In this document: positions 30,120-38,725 of the stretch, piece by piece | How positions within the stretch are numbered: the first letter of the stretch is position 1 | How the letters are laid out: the number at the start of each line of letters is the position of its first letter | From: Klebsiella phage K64-1 | Sequence record: AB897757.1 | DNA length: 64,000 nucleotides | Strand: one strand, 5' to 3' | Made by a program: the position numbers and the translations under genes | Notes under the pieces: model-generated | Databases searched by the model: none | The model's input: the letters and a program-made list of their open reading frames with translations, nothing else | What the model was told of the DNA's origin: nothing

Positions 30120-31106
30120 ATGTTAAATGAATTCAAAAATGGTGTGACCGTGCCAAATGGGTATGTTTACACCAGTAAAACAGGTGCACGTTATGTTTTT
30201 CTGGAGTGTATGTGGTTTAATGAAAGTAATATGATGCTTGTTGATCCTCAAAAATATGGTAATATGTATTTGAGTGCAGTTGCACAGATCAATGAATACA
30301 ATTCATCTTCTAATGAATACAAAATTGGTAATACATATAACAAAGATAACAAAACTTGTGTTTTTCTTGGTGAATCACGATTTATTACTGAAAATGGTAT
30401 TATCATCAACGAAGATGATGAAAATACCATTCAGGTACCAAATGGTATCAGAATCACATCAAAGAATGGTAATGTTTACCAGAAAAAAGATGGTACATGG
30501 TTTGACATTAAAACCAAAAAAGCACTGAATAGTTCAGCAGCACAAAGTGTAGAACGTAGTGCACAAAAAATGATTCAAACCCATAATTCAAATGAAGATA
30601 ACATAAAAATTGGTAGTACTGTTACTTCTAAATCAAACAAAACCTATACTTATCTTGGTGGTGATCGTTTTATGGATGCTGATGGTAGATTATTACCAAA
30701 AAGTACTGCACAATCTTTAATTCAAAAACACAAAGATGAAAAAAGTTCTGGGAAAGCAGAAGATGAACAGGAATCTGGCTCATCCGATGATACCAGTACT
30801 GATACATCTACAACCACAGACACAAATACCACTGATAATACAAATAGTTCAGGTGATACTTCTGGTGGTACTGGTGATACAGATAATCAAAGTTCTGGTG
30901 GTACTGGTGATACAGATAATCAAAGTTCTGATAATCCAATGCAAGAACTTGCTAATAAAATTAATGCATCTCCATATGCACGTAAAATTAAAGTTCTATT
31001 AACTCGTGCTGATAAAGTATCTTTGTTAGCCGCTGATATTTTTCTTAGTGGGAAACGAGAAGAAGTTACACAATTTATCAAATCATTAAATAATAATAAT
31101 GAATAA
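30120..31106 (+). CDS. hypothetical protein with Ser/Thr/Asp-rich repeats
   Basis: 328 aa. Contains a perfect 33-bp tandem duplication (30861-30893 and 30894-30926) encoding SGGTGDTDNQS twice. Confidence 0.45.
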   Translation: MLNEFKNGVTVPNGYVYTSKTGARYVFLECMWFNESNMMLVDPQKYGNMYLSAVAQINEYNSSSNEYKIGNTYNKDNKTCVFLGESRFITENGIIINEDDENTIQVPNGIRITSKNGNVYQKKDGTWFDIKTKKALNSSAAQSVERSAQKMIQTHNSNEDNIKIGSTVTSKSNKTYTYLGGDRFMDADGRLLPKSTAQSLIQKHKDEKSSGKAEDEQESGSSDDTSTDTSTTTDTNTTDNTNSSGDTSGGTGDTDNQSSGGTGDTDNQSSDNPMQELANKINASPYARKIKVLLTRADKVSLLAADIFLSGKREEVTQFIKSLNNNNE

Positions 31107-31124
31107 TTAAAAGGATTTATTGAA

Positions 31125-32039
31125 ATGTCTAAAAAAATTAACGAAGCACAAGTTAAGATTGATATCATGAACTTAAATAGTTCAGATCTATCAACACTTG
31201 CTCGAATGATGGAACTTGCTGGACAAGCCGAACAAGGTGCAGTGCAAAGTACATCTAGTTCTATTGGTGTACCAGGTAGTATTGCAGGTGCAGTCGATTC
31301 TATGGGTAATACTGAACCATCTGAAGTTGAAGTAGGTTATGATGTTGATTCTGAACCAGATGTAAGTTCTTCTCTGGAAGTTGGATCTGAACCAGATGTT
31401 GATCCATTACAAAGTTCAATTGAAGAACTTGGTGGTATGACTGATTTTGGTGCACAAGATGATGAACTAACTGATATCGACGTGGTAGAATCAGAAGAAA
31501 TTGAAGACGAAGATGCTATGATTGAAGAAGAGTTAAAACGTATGACTCATTTATCTGGTATTGTCACTGAAGATGAAGATGTTGAAGTCGATTCCGATGA
31601 TGATGATGACAAAGATGAATCAGATGATGATGTAGATCTAGATGAATCTCGCATTATTCCAGATCTAAGTCTAGAAGAAGATACCAGTGATGTTACTGAG
31701 TATGGTCCTTTTGATTCTGAACAAGATGCTATCCGTGATGCAAAATGGAAGACTAATGGAGAACTGGGTGATAACTTCAACGTAGATCAAAAAGAAGATG
31801 GTCATTTCTACTGGAGTCGTGTGATGCAAGAACAAGCGTTTAGTACTGAAGCAGATCCTGAATTAGTAGATACAGATGGTATTCAGTATTCACGTCACCG
31901 TATGAAACCAAAATTTAATGGTGCTGCTCTCGGTGATAACCCACTTCGTGAAGAAGAGCAAGAAGACGAAGAAACCGTTGATGATATCTTTGAAAGTCTA
32001 CAAAAACGCTACACTGCTTTTGTTGGAGGTAAAAAATAA
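31125..32039 (+). CDS. highly acidic protein
   Basis: 304 aa with long D/E runs (DSDDDDDKDESDDDVDLDE). Confidence 0.45.
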   Translation: MSKKINEAQVKIDIMNLNSSDLSTLARMMELAGQAEQGAVQSTSSSIGVPGSIAGAVDSMGNTEPSEVEVGYDVDSEPDVSSSLEVGSEPDVDPLQSSIEELGGMTDFGAQDDELTDIDVVESEEIEDEDAMIEEELKRMTHLSGIVTEDEDVEVDSDDDDDKDESDDDVDLDESRIIPDLSLEEDTSDVTEYGPFDSEQDAIRDAKWKTNGELGDNFNVDQKEDGHFYWSRVMQEQAFSTEADPELVDTDGIQYSRHRMKPKFNGAALGDNPLREEEQEDEETVDDIFESLQKRYTAFVGGKK

Positions 32040-32443
32040 TGTTTGATTATCGTAAACTAATGGAAGCACTTGATGCTATTGAAAATGGTGAAGACGTGCA
32101 ACAGGACAGTGCTCCAGCAGCAAAAGAGGATGTGGTGGGGCATCTCAAGGATATCACCAATTCAATTATCGACATTCTTGATAAACTACAAAGTGGTGAT
32201 GCCGATATGAATGAGGTTTGTAAAGATTTGCAAAAAACTAGTGACATTCTGTCAGCATTGGCATATAATGATTCTACTGATTCATATGAAGAATCTGATA
32301 CAACTGATGATACCAGTACTGATGAAGTAACAGAAGATGTTGGTGTCGATGGTTATGAACCAACAGTGGATAATCAAGAACACCGTTCTTATAAAGAGAA
32401 AAGTGCACCATCATATAGTTCTCGCCAAGGCTTTACTGGTTAA
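32039..32443 (+). CDS. acidic protein
   Basis: 134 aa, D/E/T-rich, with a start/stop overlap. Confidence 0.45.
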   Translation: MFDYRKLMEALDAIENGEDVQQDSAPAAKEDVVGHLKDITNSIIDILDKLQSGDADMNEVCKDLQKTSDILSALAYNDSTDSYEESDTTDDTSTDEVTEDVGVDGYEPTVDNQEHRSYKEKSAPSYSSRQGFTG

Positions 32444-32455
32444 GTGATATGATGT

Positions 32456-32833
32456 ATGATGCCACGAGTTACCGACAGTACAAATTATCAGCTTGATGTA
32501 CTTAATAAAGTTAAAGATGTTCATGAGTTAGAAGCTGATATCACTGATAGAATGCTACTAAGAAGCATATTTAACAATTACAGAAGTGGTGCTGGGTTAA
32601 GATTAAGCAAGTTTGGATATGAAATTTGTACAGAAAATAATCTTTACGAATTTACAAAAATCCCCTTGCAACGAGAAATAAAAAGCTCTATAATCTTTAC
32701 TGCGTTGGACAGAATATGTGTTAGTCCTTATTACTCTGATGGATGTTACATTTATTTGTCTGATGGTATGGTAGTTACTGAATTGACTTTTTGCTGTGAT
32801 GATTTTAAAATACTTTTTGAAATGCACATGTAA
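32456..32833 (+). CDS. hypothetical protein
   Basis: 125-aa ORF. Confidence 0.4.
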   Translation: MMPRVTDSTNYQLDVLNKVKDVHELEADITDRMLLRSIFNNYRSGAGLRLSKFGYEICTENNLYEFTKIPLQREIKSSIIFTALDRICVSPYYSDGCYIYLSDGMVVTELTFCCDDFKILFEMHM

Positions 32834-32864
32834 AAAACACTTCGAAAAAAAATTAAAAAAATGT

Positions 32865-32892
32865 TTGACAAAGCTGATTAATGTGATATAAT
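32865..32892 (+). promoter_or_regulatory. sigma70-like promoter TTGACA-16-TGaTATAAT
   Basis: TTGACA at 32865-32870, extended -10 GTGATATAAT ending at 32892. Confidence 0.5.
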
Positions 32893-33104
32893 GCTCAGCA
32901 TAAAGACAAACAACATCAACGAATTTAATGATTGAATAGTTGATGAAATGTCATCATAATTAATGATGTACATTTTAAGTACCAAGGATGAATTACTAAG
33001 TTAGGACTGCTAAGTTAAAAATAAAAACTTTCAGTCCTTTACTTTTGCTTACGGAAAAGCTATCATATAAACGTAACGATTTCTTAAACCAAAAGGAAAA
33101 TACA

Positions 33105-34439
33105 ATGTCTAAAGCTGATCAAAACGATATCCTGAACGTAACTCTGACCCCAAAGAAAGCAAAAATGGCAATTGCTATTGCTGATAAAATCCAAGATTCT
33201 CTGATGATTTGGGGTTCCCCTGGTATCGGTAAATCTGCTATCGCACGTCAGTACGCTGATGAACAGTACCCGCTGCGTAAGGATAATGTTGGTAAACTCG
33301 AATTCATGCGTCAACAAGTTGAAGTTGCCGATGATTCCGAAAAAGCACAACTGCAACGCGAACTGGAAGCATTTGAAGCCAAACTGATTGACCAGGATTC
33401 AAACTTCATCGACTTCCGCCTGTCGCAAATTGAACCATCTGATCTCCGTGGTATTCCAGTACCAGAGAAAGTATATAAAGATGATAAAGGTAATATTCTG
33501 GCTGAATCTGACCTGGATCAAGTTAATAACTACATCGCAGAAACTGCTGTTGTGTGGGCTGCACCAAAAGTACTGAAACTTCCAGAAGACTGGAAAGGTG
33601 TTATCCTGTTTGATGAGATTAACTCTGCTATGCCAATTGTACAGGCTGCGTCTTATCAGCTAATTCTCGACCGCTGTGTTGGCGAAATGAAACTGCCGAA
33701 GACCGCTATGGTACTTGCAGCAGGGAACCGCGAAACTGATGGTGGTGTAACATTCGCACTGGCGACCCCACTGCGTGACCGTATGACCCATATTGAGATG
33801 GTACCATATCATCAGGATTGGATTGACGATTACGCAATTAGTAAGCGTGTTAACCCAGCAACCGTTGCGTTTATCAATAACACTGGTGCTAAGTACTTTA
33901 ACACACTGTCACCAAATGATCCGTCTCATAGCGGTGGTACCTCTCCACGTTCATGGGAAACCGTAGCTCGCTACGAAGATCTGAAAAAACAGGGTGCGAT
34001 TGATAAAGAAGTTTTCCGTGCACTGATTGCTGGTCGTGTTGGTGATGGTATTGCAACCGAGTACATCGAATATGTCGAAAACGTATCTAAACTACCAGAT
34101 ACCATGGCTATTCTGAATGGTGAGATTACCGAAATGGACTCTTCACTGGATATTTCAGCGAACTACTTTGTTTCACTGAACCTGGTGTATAAGATCATCG
34201 ATCTGTACTCAGAAAAACAGGCTAAACGCCTATCTGACAAAGAGTGGGGTCGTCTGGTGAACAATTTCATCCTGTTCCTGGATCACAACTTCAGTAACTG
34301 TCAAGATGAACTGTCTGTAATGGCGATTCGTACAATCACCAAAGCAAACGTCACTGTGAAATTTGCTGATGCTCCAGCGTTCCGTGACTTTGTTAAGAAG
34401 TATGAACAACTGGTTCGTGCAGCACGCTCTCTTGGTTAA
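33105..34439 (+). CDS. MoxR-class AAA+ ATPase (CbbQ/NorQ/CobS-like)
   Basis: Walker A WGSPGIGKSAIA and Walker B VILFDEINSA. The ATG at 33105 has an AAAAGGAAAA Shine-Dalgarno. The gene has clearly higher GC and host-like codon choices (CTG, CGT, GGT) than its neighbours. Confidence 0.8.
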   Translation: MSKADQNDILNVTLTPKKAKMAIAIADKIQDSLMIWGSPGIGKSAIARQYADEQYPLRKDNVGKLEFMRQQVEVADDSEKAQLQRELEAFEAKLIDQDSNFIDFRLSQIEPSDLRGIPVPEKVYKDDKGNILAESDLDQVNNYIAETAVVWAAPKVLKLPEDWKGVILFDEINSAMPIVQAASYQLILDRCVGEMKLPKTAMVLAAGNRETDGGVTFALATPLRDRMTHIEMVPYHQDWIDDYAISKRVNPATVAFINNTGAKYFNTLSPNDPSHSGGTSPRSWETVARYEDLKKQGAIDKEVFRALIAGRVGDGIATEYIEYVENVSKLPDTMAILNGEITEMDSSLDISANYFVSLNLVYKIIDLYSEKQAKRLSDKEWGRLVNNFILFLDHNFSNCQDELSVMAIRTITKANVTVKFADAPAFRDFVKKYEQLVRAARSLG

Positions 34440-34532
34440 TAAAAAGTTGAAATAGTACTTTACAATAAGGATACCATTTGGTATCCTTATTTTTATCAAG
34501 AGGAAAGTGTTTTAATATACAAAGGGGTAATT

Positions 34533-35918
34533 ATGTCTGATTTTAAATTTGAAGAACCGAGTGTAGAATTGCAACGAGAGTGTCAGAACCGTATGATCAT
34601 TGCTCGTACTGCACTGATGTTGACTCATCCGTTTTTCGGTGTTCTTGCATCCCGCCTTCGTCCGGTAGCCAATAATACATGGTGCCGCACTATGGCTGTT
34701 GATGGTAAACATCTTTTCTATAACGTTGAATTCGTTATGGGTGTTCAAGATCCAGCAAAAAAAGATATGTACAAAGAAGCAATTCGTGAAAAACTACCAG
34801 ATGTTACAGAAGAGCAACTGGAAGCAATGACGAATGGACTAACGAATGAAAACATCATTGCAGTTATTTGTCATGAAATTCTGCACTGTGCATATGATCA
34901 TTTCCTGCGTCGAGGTATGCGTGATCCAAGACGTTTTAACCGTGCTGCTGACTATGCAATCAACCAAATCATTGATCGTGATGGTATTGGTAAACTACCT
35001 GATGGTTGTCTGCTGGATAAGAAGTTTGAAAACATGACCGCTGAAGAAATCTATCTTCTACTGGAAGAAGAAGAGCAGCAGGGGCAAGGTCAACAACAAA
35101 AACAGCAGGGTGGTTCAGGGGATGGTCAGGGTCAATCCAGGGGTACTATGGGTGATTTGGCTAATGGTAGTCCAAAGGGTTCTACTATTGACCAGCACGA
35201 CGTACCACAAGATGGTGAGAATGGTTCTGATGAAGAAACTCGTAAAGGTTATATGGATGATTTCAAACAAGCAATGATGAATGCTGCTCGTGCTGGTGGT
35301 ACACCCGCTGAAATCGCTCGTATGATTAAGAACTTCAAAGAACCAAAAATTGACTGGCGTTCTAAACTACAGCGTACTCTGCGTAGCTGGCTGAAATCCG
35401 ATGCTACTTATCAGACTCCTTCTCGTCGTTCGTGGAGTACTGGTTTTGGTGCCAAGGGTTCATTCTATGGTTCTCCTATCTATCCGGGTATGAAACCAGA
35501 TGAAGATATTGATATCGCAATTGCACTAGATGCATCCGGTTCAATTTCTGAAGATATGCTACGTGATTTCATCGGGGAAGTACTTGGTATTACCAAACAG
35601 TTTAAACAATTCAAAATTCGTATCATGACTTTTGATACCCAAGTTTATACGGTTAAAGACTATAAAACTGGAGAAGAGAAAAAAATTCTTGAATATCCAA
35701 TTTATGGTGGTGGTGGTACTGATTTCGATGCAGTTTGGGAACATATGAAACAAGACAATTATGTTCCTAAACAACTGATCATGTTTACCGATGGTGAACC
35801 ATGGCAATCATGGGGTGATCCAAACTATTGCAAAACTCTGTTTGTGATTCATAGTAATCCTAACAAAGAAGCACCATTTGGTGAAACAGTACATTACGAG
35901 TACGAGAAAAAACGTTAA
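34533..35918 (+). CDS. VWA-domain protein with N-terminal metallopeptidase-like (HExxH, DUF2201-type) domain
   Basis: HEILHCAYDH motif in the N-terminal domain. The C-terminal VWA MIDAS-like motif is DIAIALDASGSIS. It is a partner of the MoxR ATPase and shares its elevated-GC composition. Confidence 0.75.
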   Translation: MSDFKFEEPSVELQRECQNRMIIARTALMLTHPFFGVLASRLRPVANNTWCRTMAVDGKHLFYNVEFVMGVQDPAKKDMYKEAIREKLPDVTEEQLEAMTNGLTNENIIAVICHEILHCAYDHFLRRGMRDPRRFNRAADYAINQIIDRDGIGKLPDGCLLDKKFENMTAEEIYLLLEEEEQQGQGQQQKQQGGSGDGQGQSRGTMGDLANGSPKGSTIDQHDVPQDGENGSDEETRKGYMDDFKQAMMNAARAGGTPAEIARMIKNFKEPKIDWRSKLQRTLRSWLKSDATYQTPSRRSWSTGFGAKGSFYGSPIYPGMKPDEDIDIAIALDASGSISEDMLRDFIGEVLGITKQFKQFKIRIMTFDTQVYTVKDYKTGEEKKILEYPIYGGGGTDFDAVWEHMKQDNYVPKQLIMFTDGEPWQSWGDPNYCKTLFVIHSNPNKEAPFGETVHYEYEKKR

Positions 35919-35925
35919 TAAACAA

Positions 35926-35960
35926 AAAGACGGACTTTTTAATGTCCGTCTTTGTTTTTT
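35926..35960 (+). terminator. rho-independent terminator
   Basis: AGACGGAC...GTCCGTCT hairpin followed by TTTGTTTTTTTT. Confidence 0.7.
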
Positions 35961-35989
35961 TTGAACAAAATAAATATTCCTGATATAAT
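35961..35989 (+). promoter_or_regulatory. sigma70-like promoter TTGAAC-17-TGATATAAT
   Basis: TTGAAC at 35961-35966 and extended -10 CTGATATAAT at 35980-35989. Confidence 0.5.
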
Positions 35990-36025
35990 TATTATGGAAA
36001 ATCACATTTACAAGGAAAGTGTATT

Positions 36026-36247
36026 ATGGAAAATGAAAATGTCCAACTTGAACTAGTTGATCTAATCAATGCAGCAAAAATTATGGAACACGCAATTAAA
36101 CTAAATGTCTTCACCGTAGAAGAACTGGTTTCTGTTGCTCCAGTAGTATCTAAATTTATCAAATTCGCTAATAATGCATTACAAGACTCTCAGAACCAGG
36201 ATTCTGAAAATTCAGAAACCACAGAAAGTGGTGACGTAAATGAGTAA
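36026..36247 (+). CDS. small acidic protein
   Basis: 73-aa ORF with an AAGGAAAG Shine-Dalgarno. Confidence 0.45.
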   Translation: MENENVQLELVDLINAAKIMEHAIKLNVFTVEELVSVAPVVSKFIKFANNALQDSQNQDSENSETTESGDVNE

Positions 36248-36890
36248 TGTAGTACGTCATAAAGGCGTGATGCGAAATACTGGTTCACGTGTGTTCGTTG
36301 TTTTTCGTGAACTACCGGGTGAACCAGAATATTGTCTGGTTGTATTTCAAGATTCTCTACCAGAAGTATATACTTGGGCCGTTCGTGATCTAGTTTCAGG
36401 CCCAGGACAAAATAGTACTGAATTACATGAAATCATGAATGCAGTTGGTGTTCTTGATGGTCGTAAAATGCTGAATGTATTACATGAAGGTAAGTACTTA
36501 CGTAAAGTTCGTACTGCTGATGTGGACATGCATACTGGCGGAAATAACATTATTCCTCTTAATGTTCTTAATGAACGATTCAGTGCTAATCTTACCGAAG
36601 AATCAAAAATCAAAGATTACAACCCCTTTAATCCTGAAATGCAGGATACCAAAATCGAGGAAATGACTATTGTTTCTGAACTGATTAAAGAAGCTCAGAA
36701 ATATGAAAAACTTTCTAAAGATTACTACGAGCGTCTTTATAACCTTGAACCTTCTATGCGTCCACAGGGTGAAGTTAAAGAAAGTGAAGGTTTCTTTAGT
36801 ATCGAATTTCCTAACGATATTTCACAAACTAAAGCAATTGAAAAACTGAAAAAAGTATTCTTGGAGCGTAAAAATAATGCCAACGATTAG
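36240..36890 (+). CDS. hypothetical protein
   Basis: 216 aa with host-like codon usage (many CGT, CTG) like the MoxR/VWA genes. Confidence 0.45.
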   Translation: MSNVVRHKGVMRNTGSRVFVVFRELPGEPEYCLVVFQDSLPEVYTWAVRDLVSGPGQNSTELHEIMNAVGVLDGRKMLNVLHEGKYLRKVRTADVDMHTGGNNIIPLNVLNERFSANLTEESKIKDYNPFNPEMQDTKIEEMTIVSELIKEAQKYEKLSKDYYERLYNLEPSMRPQGEVKESEGFFSIEFPNDISQTKAIEKLKKVFLERKNNAND

Positions 36891-37182
36891 TATAGAAGAA
36901 ATTATTCTTATGCTAAAAGAAGAAAGGCAAAAACAAATTCATAGTCCAAATACTTTAGGTGATACAAATAAAACAAAAAATGACTGGACTGCATTATGTG
37001 CTTACTATTTGTTTGAAGGAGCAAGTAGACCAGATAAACATGTATCATTTGATGAATTCAGAACATCATTGATTAAAGCAGGTGCTGTTATTATTGCAGC
37101 ACTTGAAACGAGTTTCGCTTTAGAAGATGAAAAACTAAAAGACTTGATGAATAAGCTTGAGAATAATCATGACGAAGAATGA
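36877..37182 (+). CDS. hypothetical protein
   Basis: 101-aa ORF. Confidence 0.4.
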   Translation: MPTISIEEIILMLKEERQKQIHSPNTLGDTNKTKNDWTALCAYYLFEGASRPDKHVSFDEFRTSLIKAGAVIIAALETSFALEDEKLKDLMNKLENNHDEE

Positions 37183-37759
37183 ACTTGATTCTTGGATCAG
37201 GTGTCAGACTAATACATTTTATAGTGGCGGAGCAGCAGGTGCTGACCGCCTTTTTACTTTATATGCAATTGAAAACGGTTTTGAATGTATCAATTTCTCT
37301 TTCAGTAAACATGTACATTATGTATCAGAAGAAACTGTACTGAGAATACCAGCAGATATATTAGGTGACAATGAAATATATAATGAATTAGTTAGAGCAT
37401 CCAGAAATTTATCGAAGAAAGTCCCACAAAAAAATACATACGTATATAACTTATTAGCTCGCAATAGCTATCAAATATTCAATACTGAACGTATATATTG
37501 TATTTCTACTTTAGTTTCTCCTAATACAGTTAGTGGTGGTACATCATGGGCTGTACAAATGTTGATTAATAAAGAAGAACACCCAGAAATATATTTGTAC
37601 GACTATTATGATAAATGCGTATATTCATACGATTCAGTACTAAAACAATTCACTGAAGTATTTTTTGTTCCCACCCCTCATGGAAACTGGACTGGAATAG
37701 GGTCAAGAAATGCCGAACCAAAACATTTAGAACATTTTAAAACATTTTTCAAGGATTAA
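37157..37759 (+). CDS. SLOG/DprA-like Rossmann-fold protein
   Basis: FYSGGAAGADRLFTLYAIENGF resembles the DprA/Smf nucleotide-binding loop (SGxAxGID..AH). Downstream hydrophobic or Gly segments are consistent. The start may be the ATG at 37172. Confidence 0.4.
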   Translation: MRIIMTKNELDSWIRCQTNTFYSGGAAGADRLFTLYAIENGFECINFSFSKHVHYVSEETVLRIPADILGDNEIYNELVRASRNLSKKVPQKNTYVYNLLARNSYQIFNTERIYCISTLVSPNTVSGGTSWAVQMLINKEEHPEIYLYDYYDKCVYSYDSVLKQFTEVFFVPTPHGNWTGIGSRNAEPKHLEHFKTFFKD

Positions 37760-37761
37760 AA

Positions 37762-38691
37762 ATGAAACAACTATTAGACTTATATGATAAAATCTTGAAA
37801 GAAGGAGTGAAAAGTACAGACCGAACTGGGGTTGGTACTATTAAACTCGTAGGTCAACAAATGCGATTTGATCTAAATGAAGGCTTTCCAGCCGTAACAA
37901 CTAAACGTCTTGCGTGGAAGGCGATGTTATCAGAACTACTGTGGTTCATTGAAGGTTCCCATGATGAACGTCGTTTGTGTGAAATTCTTCATGGTACTCG
38001 TGACTGGAGTAAAAAAACAATCTGGACAGATAATTATCTCAAACAAGGTGTAGATCTTGGATATAGTGACGGTAATCTTGGTCCAGTATATGGTAAACAA
38101 TGGCGAGATTGGGTAGATTATAAATTTAGTTCTGATCCAAATGAAATTCAATTATTAAAAGATAAAGGTTATAAAGTATTAGATTATACCGGCTCGCATG
38201 GTGTTGTAATGCGTCGCAGTACTGATCAACTCATGAAAGTTATTGATGGTCTAAAAAATGATCCATATGGACGCCGACATATTCTAAGTGCATGGAATGT
38301 TGGTGAGCTTGATGATATGGCTCTTCAACCATGTCATAGTTTTGTTCAATGGGTAGTTAGTGATAATAAACTAAGTTGTATTCTGACCCAACGCTCAGCA
38401 GATACATTCTTGGGAGTTCCACTGAATATCACATCATATTCAGTACTCACCCATATGATAGCACAAATTACTGGATTAGAAGTTGGTGAATTTATCTGGA
38501 ACGGTGGAGATTGTCATATTTACTTGAATCATATCGAACAAGTAAAAGAACAATTATCACGAGATACAAAAGAATTACCAAAATTGTGGATAGACCCAAC
38601 AGTTACAGATATTACAAAATTTACAATGGATTCTGTTAAATTGATTGGATATGATCCACACCCGGTAATCAAAGCACCAATGGCAGTATAA
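37762..38691 (+). CDS. thyA: thymidylate synthase
   Basis: ThyA signatures: RTGVGT, the catalytic-Cys region LQPCHSFVQWVV, the DLGPVYG-type motif (LGPVYGKQWRDW) and the C-terminal AV. It is uninterrupted, with no intron. Confidence 0.9.
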   Translation: MKQLLDLYDKILKEGVKSTDRTGVGTIKLVGQQMRFDLNEGFPAVTTKRLAWKAMLSELLWFIEGSHDERRLCEILHGTRDWSKKTIWTDNYLKQGVDLGYSDGNLGPVYGKQWRDWVDYKFSSDPNEIQLLKDKGYKVLDYTGSHGVVMRRSTDQLMKVIDGLKNDPYGRRHILSAWNVGELDDMALQPCHSFVQWVVSDNKLSCILTQRSADTFLGVPLNITSYSVLTHMIAQITGLEVGEFIWNGGDCHIYLNHIEQVKEQLSRDTKELPKLWIDPTVTDITKFTMDSVKLIGYDPHPVIKAPMAV

Positions 38692-38696
38692 TATAA

Positions 38697-38725
38697 AAGG
38701 GAGACATTAAGTCTCCCTTTTTTTA
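38697..38725. terminator. bidirectional rho-independent terminator
   Basis: GGGAGAC-attaa-GTCTCCC with A-runs on one side and T-runs on the other, between convergent genes. Confidence 0.7.

Noticed and set aside
33105-36890. Interpreting the higher-GC block as bacterial contamination or a chimeric assembly
   Set aside because: The block is bounded by the same phage-type TGATATAAT promoters and hairpin terminators as the rest of the window. The flanking genes are contiguous, and the GC rise is modest (about 40-43%). Codon optimisation or old horizontal transfer is more plausible than misassembly.
37762-38691. Group I intron in thymidylate synthase, as in T4 td
   Set aside because: The thyA ORF is continuous across all conserved ThyA motifs. 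The extra length is an in-frame insertion, not an intron.
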